DNA from: Octopus vulgaris
Lineage: Eukaryota
NCBI GenBank assembly: GCA_951406725.2
Contig: OX597816.1
Coordinates: 10,044,001 to 10,108,000, forward strand
Direction of reading: 5' to 3'
Length of the DNA: 64,000 bases
The notes beneath the pieces were generated by a model. It made no database searches. It was given only the letters and a program-made list of their open reading frames with translations, and was not told the DNA's origin. This document shows, piece after piece, positions 50,599 through 64,000 of this stretch (within the stretch, counting starts at the first letter, position 1; every line of letters starts with the position of its first letter). The translations under genes were made by a program, and so were the position numbers.

Positions 50599-50730
50599 CA
50601 GTTTCAGCTAATGAGCTGTGGCCATGCTGGGGCACCGCCATATATATATATGTATGTATATATATATATATACATACATATATATATATGGCGGTGCCCC
50701 AGCATGGCCACAGCTCATTAGCTGAAACTG
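50599..50730. repeat. Perfect 132-bp palindrome made of a SINE-tail fragment and a TA tract
   Basis: cagtttcagctaatgagctgtggccatgctggggcaccgcca[TA/TG]...tggcggtgccccagcatggccacagctcattagctgaaactg. Confidence 0.95.
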
Positions 50731-50895
50731 GAAAAATCAAAATCAATCAAAATCATATATATACATATATATATATACATATATATATACATATATATAT
50801 ACATATATATATACATATATATATATACATATATATATACATATATATATACATATATATATACATATATATATACATATATATATATATACATA

Positions 50896-50930
<35 letters not shown>

Positions 50931-51753
50931 GAGAGAGAGAGACAGACAGACATATAGACACATAGATAGATAGATAGACAGACATATAGACACAGATAGA
51001 TAAATAGATAGATAGACAGACAGACACATAGATAGATAGATAGATAGATAGATAGGTAGATAGATAGATACTGTGTAAACATAATAAACAAGGAAAGTAA
51101 TAGTAGGGGAAAGGTAACTAATTTTGAACAATGAATGTATGACAGAACTAGTTTACAAAATACCATCAAGAGATCAAAAATTAAAAATACAAAAACAAAA
51201 AAAAAAATAGCAAGAAACAAACAAAAGTAAAAATGAGTGAAACAAAACCACAAATTGCCCAAATAATTATATAAACCAATAAATTGTGGGGGAAAAAAAA
51301 GTCGATGTAAATGGTCGATTATAGGTACGCTAATGTTTTGTAACACTTTCAGAATGTCATTTGTTTTGTTTCAATGTGATTGTAGTAATTTACGAACGCA
51401 ATTTCAAACCTGGCTTTAAAGGTTGGTCTTCAAGTCTAATTTCTTATTTATTGACCTCTGCTGTTGTTCTACGTTCATTCACTGGCTACTTATTATCGTT
51501 ATAGCTCATAGTTACCGTTCACGTTGTAGCAGTCATGGTTCCAATTAATGACCGGTGTTATACTACTCTTATATAAAGTCGGTCTCCTCTGCCTGATCGG
51601 AGATTATCGATTTATTTATTTGACCACTTCAGTATTTTGCCATCAGCATCATCATCATCATCATCGTCAATATGATTGTTTCCTTCATCTGCTTCTGCTT
51701 CAACGGTAGACATCTCCATTGTCTTAGTTGGCATTCAAAAACTTGTTCTGTTT

Positions 51754-52038
51754 CAGTGGTTCCCAAACTGGGCGGTACCGCTCCCCCTCGCCCCACAGGG
51801 TTGGTGGAAAGATCCGGGTGGGTGGGCTAAAATGGGGTGGCCAAAACCGGGCAATGAATGTAAAAAAATCAAACAAAATAAAAGGTTAAGTTTTATTTGT
51901 GAAATACTGTTGTTTTGAATTTGCTGCAGAAAATGGTCTGTGATGGTAAGTGATGGTGGTGGGTTAGGGTTAGGGGGCACTAGAAATGTGGCCTTAGAAC
52001 CAAGGGGGTGGCAGCCTGAAGAAGTTTGGGAACCACTG
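51754..52038. mobile_element. hAT (Charlie-like) MITE
   Basis: cagtggttcccaaac / gtttgggaaccactg TIRs; degenerate 8-bp TSD ttctgttt / atctattt. Confidence 0.85.
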
Positions 52039-52260
52039 ATCTATTTGAAGTTTGCAGTTATCTAAGTTGCATGCTTCCTCTGAGCGCATTTTTGGTGTGG
52101 ATTTAGGGGGTTCCTTTGCCATCCTCTTTTAATTACAGGGGTTTCAGTTGTTGGTGGCCACTCTGATTGTTTAATCCCCTGGTCAGTTGTGACTGAGCAG
52201 CATTTAGCTCTTTTCCGGCCATGACCTATTTTTATATTCATAATCCTGCAGGGACAGCAC

Positions 52261-52957
52261 TGACCAACTTGTTACCAGCTCAAATATGTTTGAGGCATAT
52301 TTGGACTTGTAAAAAAAGCCATTCACTGTGTTTTTGCCATGGAGAAAATTTCCTACATTAGACAAATACGTGTAAATACACCAAATACATGCATCCCACA
52401 GATTGTTGAGGTAACACTGTGAGTTGATTCTTTGTTTTAAATCCATTTCTCTACAATCAGAAATTTTTTTCCATGATAAAATACAGTGAATGGCTTTGTT
52501 ATGGGTTTGAATATAGGTGCAGGAGTGGTTGTGTGGTAAGAAGTTTGCTTCCCAACCACATGGTCCCAGGTTCAGTCCCACTGTGTTGCACCTTGGGCAA
52601 ATGTCTTCTACTATAACCTCAGGCTGACCAAAGCCTTGTGAGTGGATTTGGGAAACGGAAACTGAAGGAAGGCCACCGTATGTGTGTGTGTGTGTGTCTC
52701 TGCATTTGTCCCCCACCATTGGTTATCACTGCTTGACAACCGATATTGGTGTGTCTACATCCTCATTACTTAGCAGTTCAGCAAAAGAGACACCAATAGA
52801 ATATGTACTAGGCTTACAAAGAATAAGTCCTGGGGTCGATTTGTTCGACTAAAGCTAGTGCTCCAGCATGGCCGCGGTCAAATGACTGAAACCAGTAACA
52901 GAATAGAAGAATAAAAGAATGCCTCAAACATATTTGAACTGATAACAAGTTTGTCTT
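52261..52957. mobile_element. Fold-back MITE whose right arm is split by a family A SINE (52516-52918)
   Basis: aacttgttaccagctcaaatatgtttgaggca...gccattcactgtg pairs with tacagtgaatggc...|SINE|...tgcctcaaacatatttgaactgataacaagtt; half-copy at ~11530-11648. Confidence 0.75.
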
Positions 52958-53414
52958 CATAATCTCATTTTTACATTATCCTATGTGTCCTTATGTTTTT
53001 TGAAGAGAAAAGATGTAATTTGTGAAATTTTAGCTGCTATTACTTTTATCAATTTGAATGACAATAAAGAACAAGTGTTTGAAACTTTTGGCTTGCTAGT
53101 CAAGTTTCATCCACATGATGTCTATTTCATCTTACTCAACATAAATATTCCCCTTTCTGCAGCATCCTTTCCAGTTGCTGGTGGAGATGCAGAGATGCTT
53201 TGCACCATGCAAATGCAGTTTACACCTGTCAAACCAGGTTCTTGCTACAGTGGGAATTGCTTAAATGTCATCTCTGCTAGATTCCTGCTAAAGCAGTTAT
53301 GAAGAACGCATGCAGAAAAAAGATGAAATACCAAAATTTGACCACTGACCACATTGCTGCTTCATAGTCAAGTGTGTTTAGGACTCATTGGTAATGTGGG
53401 TCCTATTAGAATGC

Positions 53415-53708
53415 GTGAAAGGTAAAGCCGACCTCGGTGGAATTTGAACTCAGAACGTAAAGACAGATGAAATACCTATTTCTTTACTACCCACAAGGGG
53501 CTAAACATAGAGGGGACAAACAAGGACAGACAAATGGATTAAGTCGATTATATCGACCCCAGTGCATAACTGGTCCTTAATTTATCGACCCCGAAAGGAT
53601 GAAAGGCAAAGTGACCTTGGTTGTATTTGAACTCAGAACATAAAGGCAGACAAAATACCACTAAGCATTTCACCTGGCCTGCTAACATTTCTGCCAGCTT
53701 GCCGCCTT
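53415..53708 (-). mobile_element. SINE family C, dimeric
   Basis: Two aaaggc/taaag...gaatttgaactcagaac units. Confidence 0.75.
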
Positions 53709-55209
53709 AACTTGTTCATATATTAATAGAGTTTTTGAAAAAGTATAACCAGCAAACATTCTGTATGTATTTGTTAGGTACCTGGTATCGTTTATCTTTT
53801 ACTAGTTTCTCTCATTTGAATGAGGCCATGCTGGGGCACAGCCTTGAAGAATTTTTAGTCAAATGAATTGACCCAAGAACTTATTTAGTTTTATTGGTCT
53901 TTTATTATATTGGTCTGTTATTCTGTTGGCCTATTATTCCATTGGTCTTTTTTGCTGAACTGCTAAGTTATGGGGATGTAAGTATGCCAACACTGGTTGT
54001 CATGTGATGGTAGGGGACAAAAATAGACTCAATCACACTCACCACACATGACAAGCTTCCTTTAGCTCCCATTTATCATATCCACTCAGAAGGCTTTGGT
54101 CAGCCTGAGTCTATAGTTGAAGACACTTGCTAAAGGTGCCATGCTGGTGGATATCTCTCTGGTCAGGAACCCTTGTAGTTATCTGTTTTGATATTCTGGC
54201 CATTTATTCTGATAGCCAGATAAGCTAAACATAAAACCCTAAAACTTGTACCAGGGTTCAATGATAGAAAGAAAAATCAATCAGACATTGGATTATTGCC
54301 TCATAGGCCTGAATGTGTTTTGATTTGGCAATTTAATCGTGAAATTAATCCTTCATTATACAAGAATTGAAGACCGTGTCTTTGATAGACAGGCATCTTA
54401 TCCAGTTACAGGCAGATAATTTGTCCCACATCCTTTTTATGTCATGAAACAATATCCTAGCCTTAAGAATCCCTCAGGGTTTCATTTCACGACAGCTTTA
54501 AAAGTTATGGGTTTTTTTTCTAAATACTTTCAAAGCTACAGTTTCAATTAATGTCTTCTGAAAGAAGTTGAAACTAAAATTTGTTAACCAAATGAAGGAT
54601 AATAAAGTCATACAATCTTTTAGCAGCTCATAAAAATTAATGGAAAGCTAGTCTTTATGTTTCTTGAACTTGCGTATGCATTTTGGAAACTGTTTCTATA
54701 GTTTCCTATGAATCATGTCCTGTGTCAATCACATGTTCTTTCTCTTTCTTTCTTTCTTCCTTCCTTTCTTCCATTCGCTCTTTATCTCCTCTCAAAATGA
54801 CTGAGGATATAAAGCTGTTAAATATCATACGAAAAGCAAAGAGTCATCAAGTTATTTAATAATGAATCCTTTCACAGCATTTTACATTAGTTGAAACATT
54901 AACGACACATTTAGTGATATGATACCAGCACTAATAACCTTTTCTGCCATTTGCCGATTTCTTATTCAATTAATTTACAACTCTTCTCCCTTAATGTTTT
55001 CTTTTCTCAGAAATTCTCCCCCCCCCCACCCTGCCCCTGCTTTTTGCAGGAACTTTTAAATGCTTTCCACTCAATGCTTTTATTTGTTTTTCATTTTGTT
55101 ATTAATTTCATTCCAATCACTAAAATATCAATTTCCTTGAGTGTGCTTTTATTAGGCACAAACATTGAACTACTTACATCCTACAGACATTTATACTTCC
55201 CACATTGAC

Positions 55210-56320
55210 CGAAGAAGAGTTCTTGGAACAGTTTTGATTTCAAATATTCTTGATGACTGGCATCCGTGCTAGTGGGGCGCTAAGAGCACCATCCGAGCGT
55301 GATTGTTGCCAGAGTGGCTTACTAGCTTCTGTGCCGGTGGCATGTAAAAAGCACCATTCGAGTGTGATCGTTACCAGCGCTGTCTTACTGACACTTGTGC
55401 CTGTGGCACATGAAAAAACATTTGAGCGAGGTCGTTGCCAGTGCCACTGGACTGGCTCCTGTGCAGGTGGCACGTAAAAAACACCATTTGAGCAAAGCTG
55501 TTTGCCAGTACCGCCTGACTGGCTCTTGTGCCGGTGGTACGTAAAAGCACCCACTACACTCTCGGAGTGGTTGGCGTTTGGAAGGGCATCGGAGTGGTTG
55601 GCGTTTGGAAGGGCATCCAGCTGTAGAAACTCTGCCAGATCAAGATTGGAGCTTGGTGCAGCCTTCTGGTTCACCAGCCCTCAGTCAAATCATCCAACCA
55701 ATGCCAGCATGGAAAGCGGACGTTAAACGATGATGATGAAGGGCTTGAAACTTCTGGTGATTTGCTGTGCTTGAGAAGATAAGAGAAGCTAAGTAAAATC
55801 ATGGCCATCCATACCTATAGGCCATGCTCCTTTATGGCCATGCCCCTCACTCCACCTTTCAGCCAAGAGGTCATTACTTTGTGGGCTTGTGGGTGCTGGT
55901 ACCATGTAAAAAATGTCCATGCCGGTGTCACATAAAAAGTTCCCATGAGAGTGCCATGTAAAAGCACCTGTGCCTGTGCCGTATAGAAGGTTTTATGTAA
56001 AAAGCACCCAATACACTCTGTAAAATGGTTGGTATTCAGGAAGGCATCCAGCTGTAGAAACCATACCAAAGCAGACAGTTGGAAACTGGGTGACTCTCCA
56101 GCTGGCCAGCACTTGTCAAACTGTCCAACCCATACCAGTATGGAAAACTGATTAAAAGCACCCACTACACTCTCGGAGTGGTTGGCGCTAGGAAGGGCAT
56201 CCAGCTGTAGAAACCATACTAAAGCAGACAATTGGAACCTGGGTGGCTCTTCAGCTGGCTAGCTCCAGTCAAACTGTCCAACCCATGCCAGCATGGAAAA
56301 CGAATTCTAAATGATGATGA
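55210..56320 (+). mobile_element. Adjacent RTE 3' UTR remnants with internal duplications
   Basis: ggtggcacgtaaaaa arrays; duplicated cggagtggttggcgtttggaagggcat; (GAT)n tails at ~55730 and ~56315. Confidence 0.8.
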
Positions 56321-56635
56321 TTCACGTGGATATCACCTCTTCGTTCCCGAGCCAATCTTATTTCTTCACTCTCCCTGCTCCAATACTGGTATTTACCACT
56401 GATTACATCTCCACCCTTGTTACCTTCCTATTATAATTCTATGAATTTATCCACCCACCATTTCTATTCCTCTACCTGTATTCTCTTTTGTATCTTCAGA
56501 GCACACTCTAATACATTGTCCCCACAATCGTTGTTTCATTTCTAGTTACTTCTACCCACCCTTATATATTTTGAGGGAGTCATGTGTCACCTCTGTAGCT
56601 ACACTCCTGTACCTGTCCCTCTATCATACCTGCTC

Positions 56636-57025
56636 CTTTACTACCCACAAGGGGCTAAACATAGAGTGAACAAACAAGGACAGACAAAGTCGATTACATC
56701 GACCCTAGTGCGTAACCGGTATTTAATTTATTGACCCCGAAAGGATGAAAGGCAAAGTCGACCTTGGCAGAATTTGAACTCACAACGTAACGGCAGACAA
56801 AATACCGCTAAGCATTTCGCCTGGTGTGCTAATGTTTCTGCAAGCTTGCCGCCTTTACGGATTAAGTCGATTATATCGACCCCAGTACGTAACTGGTACT
56901 TAATTTATCGACCCCGAAAGGATGAAAGGCAAAGTTGACCTCGGCGGAATTTGAACTCAGAACGTAATGGCAGACGGAATACGGCTACGCATTTCACCCG
57001 GCATGCTAAGATTTCTGCCAGCTTG
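56636..57025 (-). mobile_element. SINE family C, head-to-tail dimer
   Basis: Two full gaccccgaaaggatgaaaggcaaagt...ctgc(c/a)agcttg units. Confidence 0.8.
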
Positions 57026-58360
57026 TCCCTCTTTCATACATTAACCTGCCAGCACCTGATACAAAGCAGTCTTTTTCTTTGTCTTGCAAGTTACTTAGTA
57101 ACCTAACTAGTGCCATGAAAAACAGTACCCAATACACTCTGTAAAGTGTCTGGCTCTAGTTGTCTATTTTGATTTGGTTTCTATTGATGGATGCCCTTCC
57201 TAATGCCAAACAGAGTCCTCCAGCTCATTGGATGCTGTTAAACTGTGCAAATCATTCCTGCATGGAAGATGGACTGTAAATGATGATGGTGGTGATGATG
57301 ATGATGACATAGTTTATTTTTTGCCTTTCTTTGCAAAATCTTTGCATCAGCCAGATATAAAGACATGAATTAGATATAATATTAAACCGCCAATTCATGT
57401 CTATTGCTCTTGGGTTCAAATCGCCTCCAGGCATGCTGTTGTCTTGTTAAGGAGCACTGCGTTCTATGTGTTTCTGTTTACTTGGATTGCCTCTGTTCAA
57501 TCCACTGCAGGACGAGGACCTCAGCATGTTGTCTCCACCAACCACAGTCTGATGTGGGGACTGTGTATTTGCGCCTGAGATCATACTGATTTGCTGAGCC
57601 TAATCTCTACCACACTGGTTCAACATGGTTTGGCACACATTTGCAACTTTTCTACTCATGTTCAGGAGTAGTTAAGTCAATTACAGCACCCCCAGTGCTA
57701 AACTGGTACTCATTATACCTATTTATACCTATTATACCTATATGCTAAAACATTATCTGCTTTTACTGCTATCTTTTCCTTTTGAATAACACATCTCTGC
57801 TTGTTTCTGTCATTTTTTCTCCTTCTTCTGTACTTTTCCTTGGTTTACAAGTCTTAAATTACTAAGTAATGTACAAGATACAAAGCACCATACCTCTATT
57901 CTGATGCTATATTGGAACTGTTTGTGCTTCCTTCACCACTTGATAGTGTGAGCAAGGCACCTCACTAGTGCTGGTGATACAAAAAGGAAATCACTCTAGT
58001 TCACTCAGTAATGGCAATCTAGCCAAGAAACGAAGCAAGAAATAACATGTTCAGGCACCAGTATTTAAGACCAGTGTTTCTTTATAAGAAATTACTTAGA
58101 CTGTGACACCCTGTTACAACCCATGCCAGCATAGAAAGTGGGCACGAAATGGTAATGATGTCAACAACTCTGCCTCTACCACCATCACTGCTGCTGCTGA
58201 TGATGAAGATTACTAGAACTAAATATTGATTATATAAACATACTAGCTTTATCTATGGTGGCATGTGAAAAATAACGTTTGAGTATGGTCATTGCCAGTG
58301 CCGCCGCACTGGCTCCCATGCAGGTAGCACATAAAAACATCGCACTCAAAAGTTACATTG

Positions 58361-58604
58361 AGATATTGTTGTATTTAGGAATGGTCTTGTTGCCAGTTTA
58401 GCCAATAAAAACACACGCACTATATATTTGGTGTTAATTTGTTTCAGCTTTATTTATTTTTTTACATTAATCTTGATCTTATTTCGGCCAGAGTTCTTTC
58501 GTCACACTTCTGAAGTGTGATGAAAGAACTCTGGCCGAAATAAGATCAAGATTAATGTAAAAAATAAAGCTGAAGCAAATTAACACCTAAATACAACAAT
58601 ATCT
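58361..58604. repeat. Near-perfect palindrome centred at 58511, with an outer 19-bp inverted pair
   Basis: ...atcttatttcggccagagttctttcgtcacacttc-T-gaagtgtgatgaaagaactctggccgaaataagat...; agatattgttgtatttagg / cctaaatacaacaatatct. Confidence 0.9.
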
Positions 58605-59605
58605 GTTTCAACACACAATTTCACATCAAGAATCTTGCAAAACAAATATATAAATGTAACACTTTGAGATAGTTGTAACAAAACTCGATCCCTACACATT
58701 CATTTTGATTTAGACACAAGGGCAACAATTTTGAGTGGAGAGGTTTATCTGGTGCCATTGACTCAAGTACTTGGCTGATATTTTATTTTATCAACACTTG
58801 GTGTGGGTATGACTGGTGGATTTGAACTCAGAATGTAAAGAGTTAGAAGCAACATCACAAGGCATTTTATCTGACTCACGAACATTTCTGCTAGTTTACT
58901 ATCCTTTGCAGTGATAAACAAATATTCAAATAGAAAACTCAAACAAGTTCTTCATGAATTGGAAAATAACAAAGACTTTAAAATATTCTGTGACAAAATA
59001 AAATTTTCATAACCACAGAGATGGATATATTGAAAAAAAAAAAAAAAAATTCAGTTTATTTTATGGTGAAAGCAAATTTTATAAAGGATTCAGGAAAATA
59101 ATTGTACACAATTGAAATTAAAAGTAAACGGAGTAAACTAATAACGGTGATGACAAGGAGAAGAATATTTTTTATTTCTCGTGTAATGAAGGATTCGTTT
59201 AAAAATACTTCAATGGAAGAGTGAAAATGCACAAACATATCAACAACTACTGATCCATGATTTTTGCAAATAAATACCACAGCAACCAAGACCAATCTAC
59301 AACAAAACATTATAATAAAACAATATAAAGTGGAGAGATATGCTTTAATGTCATTCAAAAGTGTCTCGAAATATCAACATCATCATCATCATCATCATCA
59401 TCATCATTTAATCTCTATTTTTCCATGCTGGCATGGGTTGGATGGTTTGACTGAAAGCTGGTAAGCTGGAGAGCTGCACCAAGTTCCAGTTGTCATGTTT
59501 TGGTGGGAGTTTCTACAGCTGGATGCCCTTCCTAATATCAACCACTTTACAAAGTGTGGACTGGGAGCATTTTATGTGACATCAGCACAGATGTTTTTTA
59601 TATAA

Positions 59606-59770
59606 GGCGCAGGAGTGGTTGTGTGGTAAGTAGCTTGCTTACCAACCACATGGTTCCAGGTTCAGTCCCACTGCATGGCATCTTGGGTAAGTGTCTTCTG
59701 CTATAGCCTCGAGCCGACCAAAGCCTTGTGAGTAGATTTGGTAGACAGAAACTGAAAGAAGCCTGTCGTA

Positions 59771-59812
<42 letters not shown>

Positions 59813-60035
59813 TATATGTTTGTGTGTCTGTGTTTGTCCCTCTAGCATTGATTGACAACCGATGCTGGTGTGTTTACATCCCCGTCACTTAGCGGTTCGG
59901 CAAAAGAGAGACTGATAGAATAAGTACTGGGCTTACAAAGAATAAGTCCCTGGGGTCGATTTGCCCGACTAAAGGCGGTGCTCCAGCATGGCCGCAGTCA
60001 AATGACAGAAACAAGTAAAAGAGTAAAGAGTAAAA
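59606..60035 (+). mobile_element. SINE family A, inserted into an RTE 3' remnant (59378-60380, minus strand)
   Basis: Complete copy; the tgctttttacatggcacca array resumes after it. Confidence 0.85.
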
Positions 60036-60727
60036 AGGGTAAAGAGAGAGTATATGGTGCCAACATGAGTGTTATGTACATGGCACCAGCATGGATGCTG
60101 TTTGTGTGACACCCGCTCAGTTGCTTTTTATGTGGCACCAGTGCTTTTTAAATTGTACCAGCACCAGTGTTTTTTTTACCTGGCACCTATGCTTTCTATG
60201 CGTCACCTGCATTGGTGCCTTTTATTAGACAGTGCTTTTTACATAGCACCATCAGTAATGTTCTTTTACATGGTACCAACCCCATGATTTTTATCTGGCA
60301 CCAGCATCACTGCTTTTTGCACATCACCAGCAGCAGCAGTGTGTGGAACCAGCAGAAGTGCTTTTTAACTGGTGCCATGGAATGGACATCATTGGAATAT
60401 TCTTTGTCATAGATCTGTTCTGCAAATATTCTTTAAAAAAAACTTTTCTTTTAATTTTTCTAAATTTAATTATTTAATTGTTACAGTTGAAAAAGTCTCA
60501 ATGACTGAAACCGGTACTGAAATAATTTTTATAAAATTATTTTAGCATTTTCTATCTTGACTTTTTTTCAATATATTTATATATATACTTACATACACAT
60601 GAGCATGAGTGCAAAATATGCATACATGTACATATGTGTGTGTGCGTGTGTGTACCCCTCTCTATGTCTCCTTCCCTCCCTCCCTCTCTCTCTTTCTCTG
60701 TCTTCTTTCTGTCTGTCTCCCTATATA

Positions 60728-61492
60728 TTAGGTCATCCCATAAATAATACGTTTTTTTTATACTTCTTTTATTTTTCAAAATTAGAATGAACAAATTTAT
60801 TTTTTTGATGTAATTTCCCATAATCTTCAGTGCTTGTCACTCTTATAGAGAACTCATTTCTTGTCACCATTCACTATTCGGTCCAAAAATGGTTTATCCA
60901 TGAGATGTGACATCAAAGAAAAGCATACATTCACTCTCTGTGCGTGATTAGCCTCGGAAATTTTGTGAGGAATCCATTGACCCAATTTGCTGATTTTTCT
61001 GATGGCATGCAGGTGTTAATGAGCGGTTGAATGACAAAATCCAACCTTCTCTGCTAGTTCTTAGTTATGATGGGATTTTGTTCCACAAGGGGTTTCAGGA
61101 TGTCCTTGAGTTCTACAGATCCTCCAGGATGAGGATCGCTTTCTAGGCTGTAGTTTCCAGCCTGGAATTTCTGGAACCACCGTTGCCATTGGCTTACACT
61201 TATTGTCCAATCCTCATATGCTGCATTAATAATCTTTGCACTTCCCATTGCATTGTGGTCTTTATTGAACTCATAAAGCAAAATATCCTGAATATGCTCC
61301 TTTGTCACTTCCATTATAGCTTTGAAAAAATAACTGTGAAAATCGAACTGCACTCTTCAAAACTTGCACTAAGAATAAGTACAAGTTAAAATTACTACCT
61401 TTCATAACAAGTTGATGCAGGTAGTTTATCCCACCCTCCTCCAACTTTTAGTTCATGCAATTGAAAAAAGACCGCATTATTGATAGGATGAC

Positions 61493-61496
<4 letters not shown>
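60728..61496 (-). mobile_element. Internally deleted mariner with TA TSD
   Basis: TIRs ttaggtcatcccataaataatacg / cgcattattgataggatgacccaa; transposase N-terminus MEVTKEHIQDILLYEFNK...QRWFQKF...PFLDRIVNGD, then a deletion. Confidence 0.88.
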
Positions 61497-61544
<48 letters not shown>

Positions 61545-61552
61545 CAACACAC

Positions 61553-61605
<53 letters not shown>

Positions 61606-62406
61606 CTTCCATAAGAACAGAATATAAGTTATATAAACCGAAAACATTTTACTGGCATCATGCTGAGTCCAAGAGAAAACTATTTGGAATATAATTTACA
61701 CCTAGAATGGACAGGAAATGATTAATCATCTCATGAATTCCAATGAAATATTTAGAAAGAGGAATAAATAATTTGCCTGACGATCTATCATTTTCATTTA
61801 AATAATTCTTTGTCCAAAATACACTAATGACAAACAGTGAAGAGAATTGCATTTTTAAAGTCTCTTTTCTAGGTATTTTCATTTTATATTGATATTGTTT
61901 TTTTCCTTTAATATATTTGTGTGTATGTGTCTATGTTTATGAATATATTCAGCTGTCGGAGACTGATACAGGTGAGCGAGATAAAACTTGGAAATCACTG
62001 TTGTCAACATCTTTATAAAAGGTAATAAATATATATACCTTATTAAAAAAGTGTTGAAAAATCCTTCAGTTTAATGTTAAATTGTTTTAATATATAATTT
62101 GACATGAAAACAAACTTTAATGTGTGTGTGTGACTCTTAATATGTACTTTCCTGTCATTTTCTGTTATGTTTTCTGTGTTCTTTGCATGCAATTGTAGCT
62201 TTCATTAGCACTTTCCTTTATGTGACTTATGCCTGCTCTCTGTCCCCTCTTTTAGCTTCTTTCAGCAAGTTGTATTGCATCTAAGCACTGTTGTCAGTAA
62301 ATTCATTGTGTGTATCTACTACATATGTGGAAAATCGGTGTGTGTTTGTTTGTGGTGTTGTTAGCTAACTTCTCCTACATCGTTTTATTGATGTTAATGA
62401 AAATTG

Positions 62407-62800
62407 ACACGTGAGTAGAACTTATGACTGGAAACCTCATGACATACTTAGATTGTTGAGAAAATCGATAACATAGGGAACTTTATATCTACCTCATATA
62501 ACTATTTTAAAAAAACCCAAGGGAAATAACCCATAGCACCTGCACAATATTTTTTTTTAAACACTCAAGGAAAATAACCCATTTCATTGTTTATGTTTGA
62601 TTACTTTGAATATTGATTTTTTGTGTGTCCTATTACTAATTTTTGAGACAATATCAATTTTATACTTTATTTAATACATGAGTAGAACTCATGTCTGGAA
62701 CCTCATTACATACTTAGATTGTTGAAGAAAAATTAATAATAGGGCTCCTCCAATGGATCCTTCTATCTTCTACATATTACTAATATTTTATTCAAACAAT
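62407..62800. repeat. Diverged direct repeat with ~268-bp period
   Basis: tgagtagaacttatgactggaaacctcatgacatacttagattgttga at 62412 versus tgagtagaactcatgtctggaacctcattacatacttagattgttga at 62679. Confidence 0.75.
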
Positions 62801-63433
62801 CCATACCACCTGCAGTTTTTAGTGAAGCAATCAATATTTGATTCTAATGATCAGCTGACCTAATTCTACATTTCACCACTCTCAGTTTTGAACTGCTAAA
62901 CATTATTATTGCACTTCCTTAATTTGAATCTTAAACATTAAAGACTTCATTCATACATTTCTATACATACATACCTTTTTGAATGCCCATTATTCCGATA
63001 ATTCTGCAGTTTTACAGTTACACTTTTTCCATGAGAGTAGATAAATTTTTTATTCCAAAATGTATTTGTAGTGGCTTCATGCAGGCATTGTGTGGATTCG
63101 ATCCTCAATTGACAAATTTCACTTAAAACTTGAACAGCGCTTTTCTCACAGTAAAACAATAGTTTTTGTCTGTGAATGACAGCAGTTATACATTTCCCAG
63201 ATGCCTTTACTAAGCAGAATGATGTCTTTGCCTCTCACTAACCTCCGATAATCTTTCTCACCAACCTCTAAATACCTCTCTTGCCAACCTCCAGCTGACA
63301 AATTTTTGTACTTTTTTGTGACGGAAAATACACATTTTGTGGCAGTTATAACAAAATTGCTTTCTTATATCAGAGTAATAAGGCGTTTCAATAGAACATC
63401 TTTACCCCCAGTAATTACCGAGTACATCAGCTA

Positions 63434-63468
<35 letters not shown>

Positions 63469-63833
63469 GCTTATGAGAATTGGAACACTAGCTGCAATTT
63501 GAAATCATGATCCAGGTATATCTGTTACCGTATTCTACAGCTTTTTAAATGAGATGATGCGTTAAATTCCACTCGTTTGTCCCCTATTTCTGTTGGTCTG
63601 TTTAAATATTTTCAGTGAGATTCGTAGATAAGTTGGGGAATTTTACTTCCACTCCCTAGCAAGCTGGTGCTTTGTGTATGCTTTAATTCAGTTTAGAATT
63701 TAATGTATAGCTGTTTAATGCTAACATCACTTACTGCCACTTAGGTTATTGTTATTATCAATTATTTAGATTTGCTGCTGATCATAATAATAATAATAAC
63801 ATCTTTACGTGTATTCATTTTGAACATTTACTC

Positions 63834-63865
<32 letters not shown>

Positions 63866-64000
63866 TAATTCAATAAAATAGAGTCAACAAGAATGAGTAC
63901 AGTTAGACAGCTATTTAATAAATACTGTTTTAGTTAGAATCAAAAGGCCTTAGAGTCAATGTAGCAAAAATCAAAGTTATAGTAAGTAGGAAGGCGAACA

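Overview
AT-rich, repeat-saturated animal genomic DNA, intronic or intergenic. The SINE, RTE-LINE and microsatellite landscape is typical of an Octopus (coleoid cephalopod) genome; this is inferred from repeat content, not from a database match. I can support no intact protein-coding gene. The recognisable coding remnants are all from transposons: a frameshifted full-length mariner (16370-17645), a deleted mariner, RTE and R4/Dong-like LINE fragments, and the end of a Penelope GIY-YIG endonuclease. The rest is tRNA-derived SINEs of three families, about 18 (GAT)n-tailed RTE 3' ends, MITEs (mariner, pogo, piggyBac, hAT, GG-ended), a non-autonomous Helitron, minisatellites and many long hairpins. 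The most interesting signals are: (1) hammerhead-ribozyme-like cores in several unrelated short Penelope-type terminal repeats, mostly next to (TA)n; (2) a 'two-headed' mariner derivative present twice with the same junction; (3) one SINE head joined to three different tails; (4) several fold-back or palindromic structures; (5) a tentative pair of small plus-strand exons that would encode a signal-peptide-like N-terminus. All coordinates were read by eye and may be off by a few bases.
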